DNA of 64,000 bases from Terriglobia bacterium. GTDB taxonomy: Bacteria > Acidobacteriota > Terriglobia > 20CM-2-55-15. Shown piece after piece: positions 40,923 to 49,179 of this stretch. The stretch lies in contig CBDAOY010000007.1 of NCBI GenBank assembly GCA_965198225.1, positions 640,001 to 704,000 on the forward strand, read 5' to 3'. Made by a program: the position numbers and the translations under genes. Every line of letters begins with the position of its first letter. The stretch's first letter is position 1. Under the pieces are notes generated by a model. That model saw only the letters and a list, made by a program, of their open reading frames with translations, searched no databases and was not told the origin of the DNA.

Positions 40923-42332
40923 GTGATCGTAAACCGGTTCGTCTTCGTCTGCTCGCTCTGTCTCATGAGCTGGGCCGCGCTGCTGTGGGGGAATTCTCTG
41001 GGTCCGCCGGCGGACCGGTCCGGAGTGTCTGGCGTGACATGCAGCACGTCGGGTTGCCACAACGATTTTCCCGCGAACGTCGGTGGAGGCAGTGTCTCGA
41101 TCACCGGACTGCCTACGGAGTGGACCCCCGGTGTGACCTACCCGATGCAGGTGTCGGTCTCCCATTCCGGCGCCAGCCTGTACGGGTTCCAGATGACAGC
41201 CGTGGATTCCAACGGAGCACAGGCAGGCGGATTCGTCATGGGTACTGGGACGGAGGTTCAGCCCGGCTTGGCCGGCGGGAACACGCTCCAACACATGCAG
41301 CACTCCTTCGCCTCGACGAACAGCACGTTCTCTTTCAGCTGGACCGCCCCGGCAACCTCATCGACCGGTGCGGTGAAGTTCAACGCGGCAGCCAACGCCG
41401 CCGACGGGAGCTTCAGCCGGTTCGGGGACTTCATCTATTCCACGGACACCACCGTTTCCCCTCAGACGACCGGCAATGGAACCCCGCAGACGACGTTCTA
41501 CTTTCCGCAGATTGCTGACGGCACACTCGCGGGTGGGTTCTTCAAGACGACCATATTTGTCGACAATCCAGCTTCCTCCGGTTCGGCCAACGTAACCATT
41601 ACGTTCACGACTTCGGCCGGAAACCCGTTCAACATTTCTTTCGTGGATTCAGACAATCAACCGATCGGGTCCGGGAACGTGGTCACCGTGGCGGCCCTGG
41701 CCGGCGGCCAGAGCCGAAAGCTGATCTCGACCGCGGCGGTGCCCCTGGCGGTCGGATTTGCCACGGTTACCGCCGATGCGGAAATTGTTGCGAGCGCGGT
41801 GTTTTCCCAGTTCTCCGGTACTCCCGGCCAGGGTACGCTGCTAAGCGAGGCGGCGGTTATTTCCGCAGACACCGCGTTGAACCAGGCCATATTCGTCGAT
41901 GAAAGCGGGAATTTCAGGACTGCCCTCGCCTACGCCAACCCCTCAGCGACGGCGTCGGCGAACATCACCTTCAACCTCATGACGCTCAACACAGACACTG
42001 TGCCGGTATTGACGGTCGCCCGCTCGCTTCCCGCGAACAATCACACCTCGATTTTCGTCGATGAGCTGTTTGCAACGGATGGCCAAACAAATCCGCTGGC
42101 CGTCGGACACGTGGGGACGATGCAGGTCGTCAGCGACACCCCGCTGGCGCTCGTTTCCCTCAGGTTCGAGGGTTCTGTGTTCACGAGCGTTCCCCCCTTC
42201 AGCCTGGCGTCGCTCATCCCCGGACTTGAATCATGGACGCGACCGGTGGAAGCTTGGGTCCAGCAGCGCCCGTGGCTGTCGCCGCTGGCCTCGTTGGCCC
42301 GGCTGCTCGGAACACTGCGGATCGGCGGCTAG
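40923..42332 (+). CDS. Secreted protein: Reeler/choice-of-anchor-V-like N-domain plus beta-rich surface module
   Basis: Signal peptide; CSTSGCH, GFQMTA, FSWTAP, NAADG...GDFIY; then a YFPQIADG...TTIFVDNP module. Confidence 0.75.
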   Translation: MIVNRFVFVCSLCLMSWAALLWGNSLGPPADRSGVSGVTCSTSGCHNDFPANVGGGSVSITGLPTEWTPGVTYPMQVSVSHSGASLYGFQMTAVDSNGAQAGGFVMGTGTEVQPGLAGGNTLQHMQHSFASTNSTFSFSWTAPATSSTGAVKFNAAANAADGSFSRFGDFIYSTDTTVSPQTTGNGTPQTTFYFPQIADGTLAGGFFKTTIFVDNPASSGSANVTITFTTSAGNPFNISFVDSDNQPIGSGNVVTVAALAGGQSRKLISTAAVPLAVGFATVTADAEIVASAVFSQFSGTPGQGTLLSEAAVISADTALNQAIFVDESGNFRTALAYANPSATASANITFNLMTLNTDTVPVLTVARSLPANNHTSIFVDELFATDGQTNPLAVGHVGTMQVVSDTPLALVSLRFEGSVFTSVPPFSLASLIPGLESWTRPVEAWVQQRPWLSPLASLARLLGTLRIGG

Positions 42333-42379
42333 CTATAGATCGGTTTGCTTGTCGATGGGATGATGGAGGCCTCCAGTTC

Positions 42380-43897
42380 GTGACCCTGAACCGCTTTGTT
42401 TTAGCAAGTTCGCTCTTTCTCGTGATCTGGGTCGTCCTGCTGCGGGGCTCCACGGAGACCACGGTGTCCCCGGCCCCCCAGACCAACGACAACACGGTCC
42501 GTACGTATTCGATCGCCAATGGGGGCGGTCTGTCGCTGCTGACCTCGGGCGGTGGAAGCACCTCACAGGTGGCCTACACGAGGATACAGCCGGATTCCGG
42601 CAGCACGACACCGTCCGGTGTCGCCATTTTCGGGTTCACGAGCAACGGAGTCCTGGTCAGCGAAACCGGAGTGCCGGCGGGGCCACTCGTCCAGTCCGGG
42701 CGGATCCATGTCGTATTCAGCGGAAGCTTGAACACGGGCATCGCGATCGCGAACCCGAACGATCAGGTTGCGACCATCGACTTCTTCTTCACCGACACGA
42801 CCCTTGACGTTCCTGACTTCGCCAATGACAGCATGACGGTGGGCGCGGGTCAGCAGTTATCCCGCTTCATGTCGGAGGCCCCTTTCAGCCTGCAGGACGG
42901 TACGACCGTGACGTTCACTTTCTCGTCATCAGTGCCGATTTCGGTAGTCGCTCTCCGGGGGCGGACGACAACCAGAGGCGACTTCCTGACAAGTAGCCTC
43001 CCGATTACCCCAGTCAGCAGCACATCTACCGAGACGGTGTATCTCCCGCACTTCGCAGCCGGCGGTGGTTGGACGACCGACATCGTCCTGGTCAACCCGA
43101 CCGAAAACACCCTCACGGGAATACTCGGTTTCATCAATCCCGGAACGGAAACCATTCCGGGACTGCAGACCGGGATTTCGGTCGGTGGCTTCTTTCCGCA
43201 GCCGGTGTTTTCGTATTCGATCGGCCCAAAAGGCTCTACCGTGCTCCAAACCACAGAATCGGTTTTTTCGGCGGTAAAAGTCGGATCGGTTCAGATTGTT
43301 CCCGGCGGCGACATCGCTCCGTCCGCGCAGGTGATTTTTTCGCTTGTGAATGCCGACGGAGTGGTTGTGTCGGAGGCGGGTGTTCCCGCCGCCGAGACCG
43401 GCAACACTTTTCGCATGTACGCCGAGGCCTCGGGCACGCCTCTCACCGCGGGTGCGATCCAGTCGGGTGTCGCGATCCGGAACATTGGATTCGTCAACGC
43501 CACCGTCAATCTTGAACTGACTGGCCTCGACGGCAACCTGATCGGCACGAACTCTATTATCGTTCCCGCCTCCGGTCAGAGGGCCCTGTTCGTCGATGAG
43601 CTCTTCACAGCACCGTTCAAGGGCGTCCTACGGGTTTCTTCGAGCGAGCAGACGATCGCCATGACGGCACTCCGAGGACGAACGAACGAACGCAACGAGT
43701 TCCTCACGACCACCACCGTACCTATTAACGAGGCTGCATCCTCGACGACAGCAGAGTTTCTCTTTCCACACCTGGTCGACGGCGGTGGCTGGAGCACCCA
43801 GACGATCCTGTTCAGTGGGACCGCAGGCCAGGTTGCCAACGGCCTCATGCGTTTCTTCGGGACCGACGGGCAACCGATCGAGCTGACACTGCAGTAG
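42380..43897 (+). CDS. Secreted Ser/Thr/Gly-rich beta-repeat surface protein
   Basis: GTG start after GGAGG; repeated modules YLPHFAAGGGWTT / LFPHLVDGGGWST and VSETGVP / VSEAGVP. Confidence 0.75.
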   Translation: MTLNRFVLASSLFLVIWVVLLRGSTETTVSPAPQTNDNTVRTYSIANGGGLSLLTSGGGSTSQVAYTRIQPDSGSTTPSGVAIFGFTSNGVLVSETGVPAGPLVQSGRIHVVFSGSLNTGIAIANPNDQVATIDFFFTDTTLDVPDFANDSMTVGAGQQLSRFMSEAPFSLQDGTTVTFTFSSSVPISVVALRGRTTTRGDFLTSSLPITPVSSTSTETVYLPHFAAGGGWTTDIVLVNPTENTLTGILGFINPGTETIPGLQTGISVGGFFPQPVFSYSIGPKGSTVLQTTESVFSAVKVGSVQIVPGGDIAPSAQVIFSLVNADGVVVSEAGVPAAETGNTFRMYAEASGTPLTAGAIQSGVAIRNIGFVNATVNLELTGLDGNLIGTNSIIVPASGQRALFVDELFTAPFKGVLRVSSSEQTIAMTALRGRTNERNEFLTTTTVPINEAASSTTAEFLFPHLVDGGGWSTQTILFSGTAGQVANGLMRFFGTDGQPIELTLQ

Positions 43898-43929
43898 ATC
43901 TTCGTCACTCCCGCTAGTAATGTATTCCA

Positions 43930-44796
43930 GTGTGGAGGTGTCCTCAGTGCGGGGAGGCATTGCCCGAACCCGGGGCTTGCGCCTGTGGTTTCGAGATTCG
44001 TCGCCAGGACGGTATTCTGGACCTGATGACCCGACGGCAGGCCGCCGATTACGCCGATTTCTGTGCCGCTTATGAACGGATTCGGAGGGCGGAAGGCTGG
44101 GGCCGAAACGACCTCGACCTGCCCTTGGGCGCGCGAGGGCACATGAACATCTGGGCCGTCCGGCGGCGAACCTTCCTCAAGCTTCAAGCTCTGATCCGAA
44201 GCGAAGGCGTGACGGGTGGCGCGGCGTTGGACGTCGGTGCGGGAAACTGCTGGCTGACGCGCTACCTGTATCGTTGGGGATTCCGGGCAACTGCGCTGGA
44301 TGTAAACGCCGGGGAGCAGGACGGCCTCCGTGCGGGAGCGTACCATCTGGAACAAGGAGACCGATTCGAGCGCGTGCGTGCGCCGATGGAAGCCCTCCCG
44401 TTCACGAACGGGAGCTTCAAACTGGTAGTCGCAAACGGTGCTCTCCACTACGCCGCAGACGTCGGGGGCGCGATTCGCGAGTTCCTGCGAGTGTTGGGGA
44501 AGGGCGGAAGGGTCGTCGTCATGGACACGCCATGGTACGAGGATCCTGCCGACGGCCGCAGGGCCGTCGACCGACGGATTGAAGAGTTTCGCGGCCTTTA
44601 CGGACTCGACGAGGAACTCAGCGGCCGGGCTTCGTTCCTGTCACGTGAATCCTTCTCGAAGGTCGCCGAGAGTGTCGGTTTCAGCTTCCGGCTGGTGTCT
44701 GTCTGGCCAGGACCGATGAGGGCATTGGAGGGATTGCGGGCTCGGCTCGCCCGTCAGCGGATCGCGTCGTTCCCCCTTATCCTTATAGGCGATTGA
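43930..44796 (+). CDS. Class I SAM-dependent methyltransferase with a Zn-ribbon
   Basis: CPQC...CACG; ALDVGAGNCW; LPFTNGSF. Confidence 0.85.
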   Translation: MWRCPQCGEALPEPGACACGFEIRRQDGILDLMTRRQAADYADFCAAYERIRRAEGWGRNDLDLPLGARGHMNIWAVRRRTFLKLQALIRSEGVTGGAALDVGAGNCWLTRYLYRWGFRATALDVNAGEQDGLRAGAYHLEQGDRFERVRAPMEALPFTNGSFKLVVANGALHYAADVGGAIREFLRVLGKGGRVVVMDTPWYEDPADGRRAVDRRIEEFRGLYGLDEELSGRASFLSRESFSKVAESVGFSFRLVSVWPGPMRALEGLRARLARQRIASFPLILIGD

Positions 44797-44798
44797 CG

Positions 44799-45620
44799 AT
44801 GTCGGAGACCAGGTGCGACGACCCGATCGATTGGCCGGTCCGGAAGGCCTTCGATCGTCATGCTTCGGACTACGACGCCTGGTTTTCCCAGAACCCCATT
44901 GCCGTCAAGCTCCGGGGAAGGATCTGGGAAGTGATGGATCGTGTTTTCGACCCCGGGCAGAGGGTCCTCGACCTGGGATGCGGGACGGGCGAGGATGCCG
45001 TTCACCTTGCCGGCCGGGGGGTGCGCGTTCGAGCGCTAGACGTTGCTCCGGCCATGGTTGACCGTCTCACCCAGAAAGCCCGGGGACTGGAACTCGACGA
45101 CCTGATCAACTGCACGGTCGCTGACGGCCGCTCCCTCAACCTTCCGCCCGGATCGCTGGACGGGATCTACTCGAACTTCGGCGCTGTCAATTGCGTCGCC
45201 GACCTGGAGTGGCTTGGAGAGCTTGGTCGGCGGGCACTCCGGCCTGGAGGCCGGATGATCATCATCGCGATGGGACGTTGCTATCCGCTGGAGATCGCCG
45301 TGAACCTTGCCCGAGGTCGCCTCCGTCCGGCGCTGAGGCGCTTCCGTTCGCCGGCGTCTGCGATTGTTCGGGACGTCGAGTTCCCGGTGCACTACCATTG
45401 CTTCAGAGTTCTCAGGAAGGCGCTGGCGGAAGGGTTCGTCCTGGAGCAACGTCGGGGGCTCAACCTGTTGCTGCCGGAGCCGGGGCTGGAGCACCTGGCG
45501 CAGCGTTTTCCCCGGACGTTCCGCGCCCTCCAACCCATCGATTCCGTCCTTGGGCGATCGTGGCTTTTTTCGGCGATGGGCGACCACGTGTTGTCGGTGT
45601 GGAAAGTTCGTAGCACCTGA
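44799..45620 (+). CDS. Class I SAM-dependent methyltransferase
   Basis: VLDLGCGTGEDA; SNFGAVNC. Confidence 0.87.
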   Translation: MSETRCDDPIDWPVRKAFDRHASDYDAWFSQNPIAVKLRGRIWEVMDRVFDPGQRVLDLGCGTGEDAVHLAGRGVRVRALDVAPAMVDRLTQKARGLELDDLINCTVADGRSLNLPPGSLDGIYSNFGAVNCVADLEWLGELGRRALRPGGRMIIIAMGRCYPLEIAVNLARGRLRPALRRFRSPASAIVRDVEFPVHYHCFRVLRKALAEGFVLEQRRGLNLLLPEPGLEHLAQRFPRTFRALQPIDSVLGRSWLFSAMGDHVLSVWKVRST

Positions 45621-45633
45621 GCGGTTCAAAACG

Positions 45634-46310
45634 ATGAGCGACAAGAAACTCATCCTCCTCTACAACCCGCCGTCGGAGTTCTACGCGATGCCGCTGGGGC
45701 TGCTTTCGGTCGGCTCGGCTGTTCACGGCACTGCGGGCATCAACGTGCGGATCCTCGACTCGCGAATCGATCCAGACGCGGAGGAAGTTCTGCTGGAGCT
45801 GGCGCCCCAGGCAAGCTGTGTCGGGATGACGGTGTTTTCCGGCCCCCCCATCGGGCCGGCACTTGCGCTGGCCCGGGCAGTGAAGCGACAGAACCCCGGA
45901 CTCCCAGTGGTTTGGGGCGGCTGGCATCCGTCGATCTTTCCCGAACAGTGCATCGATAGCGGGGAGGTGGACGCAGTCGCGATCGGACAGGGTGAAGGGA
46001 GCTTCGCCGAACTCGTGGCGGCGATCGACCGCCCGCGGGAGTGGGAGGGAATCGCCGGCCTGTGCGTCAAGACTGAAACCGGAACGAAACGCACTCCACC
46101 CCGACCACTCGCCGACATGAACAGCTTTCCACCGGTTTGCTACGAGTTGCTGGATGTCGAATCGTACTTTCGGCACAAAGGGCACCGCCAGATCGATTAC
46201 AGCTCGTCGCGAGGTTGCCCCTACCGCTGTACCTTCTGCGCCGATCCCATTATCTACAAGAGCAAGTGGACGGGATTGAAAGCCGCGCGCACGGTCGAAG
46301 AATTGATGAA
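45634..46310 (+). pseudogene. B12-binding radical SAM protein, 3'-truncated
   Basis: PLGLLSV, VWGGWHPS, GQGE, SSRGCPYRCTFC; homology stops at RTVEELM. Confidence 0.85.
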
Positions 46311-46345
46311 GACTCGGCCCGCGATTGAAAGCCGCGCGCACGGTC

Positions 46346-47748
46346 AGGGCTGTGGGAGTAACGTCGATGTTGCCCGTCGGCACGTTCGAGACCACGCCGC
46401 GCTTGATGTCTGGTCCAGCCGCGATGAATGTCGCACGGATGTCGGACGGGCTGGTGCTGCCGTGCCCCGCGACGCCCGACGTGAACACCTCTCCCTCGTA
46501 GCCGTGCTCGTTGACGGCGTCCGACCAATTTGCGCTGGTGAGGATGTCCGCCGTTCTCCGATGACTCCACCCTACGGCCCCGTATGCCACGGTCCCCGGC
46601 AGGTGGCCGAAATCGGATCCGTCCGCCTCCGCCGGGGTGAATACAGGTCCGATCCAGTCCGTCTGTTGGAGCACGCGAACGATGTCCGCAATCCGTTCCG
46701 GTCCTCCTTCCAGGACGTGGATAGCGTCCCCGGCCACCACGACGTCCATCGAGCCACCCGACTCCTTGAGGCCTTCGTCGACCAGAAGGCCGGAGAGCGA
46801 GGTGTTCCCTGTGCGGGTGGTGAAACCGTGATCCGATGTGACGAGGATGTTGGTGACTTCGGCCACGCCACGCGCGGCCAGGCCGTCCAGCAGTCGTCCG
46901 ATCTCCTCGTCGACAGCCCTGATGACGGCGAGCGTCTCGGGTGCACCGATCCCCCTGAAGTGGGTCGTTCCGTCCGGCTCGGTCAGCCACGCGGCGAGAA
47001 CGTCCGCATCGGCGAGATCGAGGCCAATCCGCAGCAGTGCGTCCACTGCTCGCGCCACAAGACCGACGGACGACCCATCCGCGCGAGGGTCAGGAAGAGG
47101 GCCGAGCTCGGCAGCCACGACCGTTCCGAGGGAGTCCGGTATGGTGAATGAATGGTGCACGAGCCCGGCCCCGGATCCGCGGTGGTTCATCAGGGTTCCC
47201 GAGCCGGTCGAACCGGAGGACGCGGCAAAGTAGACCAATCCCTGTTCAGCCAGGAGCTCCCCGAGTGATGGTGCAGTGAGCATCTCTCCGTCGGTCGCCT
47301 CGTCGATGGTTCTGAGGTCTGCCGCGTTCCCGGCGTCCAGTACCCGTTCGGGATCCACGTCCCGGAGGTAGACGGAGTTACCCATCATCCCGTGCCCGGA
47401 GGGATAACGCCCGGTGAAGATCGAGGGCCCGTTCACGCGCGTCACGGTGGGGAACACGGCGTGATGCGCCAGGCCCCGAAAGCCGGCGTCCGCGAGGGCA
47501 TTCAGTCGGGGCATGAGGTCTTCGGTCACGTAATCGGGCCTCAGGCCGTCCACCACGAGTATCAGGACCCGGCCCTTCCCCGCGCCAGGGTCGCCGCAGC
47601 CGGCAGCGATGACCGCCACCGTCATTAGGAGCCCCAAGACGATCGAGGAGCGTTTCTTGAGGTAGGCGCTCACGCTGGTAATCGGACCGGTCGTGCCTCG
47701 ATGACGGGATCGTGGGCGGCCCGAGGCCACCTGATGGAGGACATTCAC
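46346..47748 (-). pseudogene. Alkaline phosphatase superfamily (ENPP-like) lipoprotein, 3'-truncated; start uncertain
   Basis: Lipobox IAAGC; VVDGLRPD, FPTVTRVN, EPDGTTH, TSDHG, GHGS, NIDVTPT; ends at the junction with the radical SAM gene. Confidence 0.82.
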
Positions 47749-47751
47749 GCT

Positions 47752-49074
47752 TCAATAAACTGACAGGTAGTGATCCAACTCCCAGGGGTGGACCTGGGCG
47801 ATGTAAGTCGCCCACTCCGATCGCTTGGCCTCGATGAACTGGTTGAAGATGTGATCGCCCAGGGCGGTCCGGATCACGTCGTCCTTTTTCAGGGATTCGT
47901 AGGCTTCCCGGAGGTCGCCCGGCAGGTTGTCGATCCGGTAGTGACGGCGTTCTCGGTGGCTCATCTTCTGGATGTTCTTCGTGATCGACGGTCCCGGATC
48001 GGTTTCTTCCTCGATTCCCGACAACCCGGCCGACAGGATCGCGGCAAACGCCAGGTAGGGGTTGCAGGAAGGGTCGGGCATCCGTAACTCCACGCGCGTC
48101 CCCTGGCCCCGTCGAGCCGGCACGCGAATCAGAGGGTCCTTGTTCTGCTCCGACCACAGAACGTTCGTTGGAGCGTCGTAGCCGGGGACCAGCCGTTTGT
48201 AGGAATTCACGAGCGGGTTCGTGATCACACAGAAACCTTTCGCGTGACGCAGCATGCCACCGATGAAGTTCAGGGCCGTTTTGCTGAGCTGGTAGTCTCC
48301 CGCCGGGTCGTAGAAAGCGTTTCGTCCTTCTTTGAAGACCGACAGATGGATGTGCAGGCCCGAACCGGCCTGACCGAACACTGGCTTGGGCATGAACGTC
48401 GCGTGAAAGCGGTGCTGCATCGCGACGTAGCGGACGAGGAAACGGAACGTACCGATGTTGTCGGCAGTGGTCAACGCGTCGTTGTCCTTCAAGTCGACCT
48501 CGTGCTGTCCCGGGGCCAGCTCGTGGTGCGATGCCTCGACTTCGATGGCCATCCCTTCCATCGTCTTGACGATGTCCCGGCGCGCATCTTCGCCCGAGTC
48601 CTCGGGGGTCATGTCGAAATAACTGCCGTAGTCCTGGGTGTCGGTCGTTGGGTCGCCCGTGGCCTGCTTGATGAAGAGAAAGAACTCGATCTCGGGACCG
48701 GCCTGGAAGGTGAGCCCCATCGCGCGAGCCCGGTCGAGGACGCGTTTCAGCGTCAGCCTCGGGCAGCCTTCGAACGGAGTGTCGTCGGGGTTGTATACGT
48801 CGCAGATCAATCGCGCGACGCGCTCGCCATTCCGGTTCCAGGGGAAGATGCGGAAGGTTTCCGGATCAGGTTTCAGCAGCTTGTCGGTTTCCTCCATCCG
48901 CGTGAAACCCTGGATGGCGGAACCGTCGAAGAGAAGCTGTCCTTTCAGTGCTTTCTCGAACTGGTCCGTCGGAACTTCGACGTTTTTGATGACACCCAGG
49001 ATGTCGGTGAACTGGAGCCGGAAGAACTGGACGTTCTCGTTTTTCGCTAGGTCGAGGACTTGTTCTTCGTTCAT
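47752..49074 (-). CDS. Glutamine synthetase family protein (GSI-alpha-like, divergent active site)
   Basis: LQFTDILG, FDGSA, HHELAPGQHE, ATFMPKP, NSYKRLVPG, RVELRMPDPSCNPYL; 440 aa. Confidence 0.92.
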   Translation of the reverse strand: MNEEQVLDLAKNENVQFFRLQFTDILGVIKNVEVPTDQFEKALKGQLLFDGSAIQGFTRMEETDKLLKPDPETFRIFPWNRNGERVARLICDVYNPDDTPFEGCPRLTLKRVLDRARAMGLTFQAGPEIEFFLFIKQATGDPTTDTQDYGSYFDMTPEDSGEDARRDIVKTMEGMAIEVEASHHELAPGQHEVDLKDNDALTTADNIGTFRFLVRYVAMQHRFHATFMPKPVFGQAGSGLHIHLSVFKEGRNAFYDPAGDYQLSKTALNFIGGMLRHAKGFCVITNPLVNSYKRLVPGYDAPTNVLWSEQNKDPLIRVPARRGQGTRVELRMPDPSCNPYLAFAAILSAGLSGIEEETDPGPSITKNIQKMSHRERRHYRIDNLPGDLREAYESLKKDDVIRTALGDHIFNQFIEAKRSEWATYIAQVHPWELDHYLSVY

Positions 49075-49179
49075 TGGCCGATAGAATTCGGGATCGGAGA
49101 CTGAACTATCGGGAACAGGTGATTGGGTCTCCGTCCCGGAATTACGCCGCCAGGCTCCCGAATGATAACATAGGCCCTT

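Noticed and set aside
45364-47748. Two long overlapping genes (595 aa on +, 762 aa on -) read as novel fusion proteins
   Set aside because: Each is a truncated gene reading through the deletion junction into the antisense strand of the other
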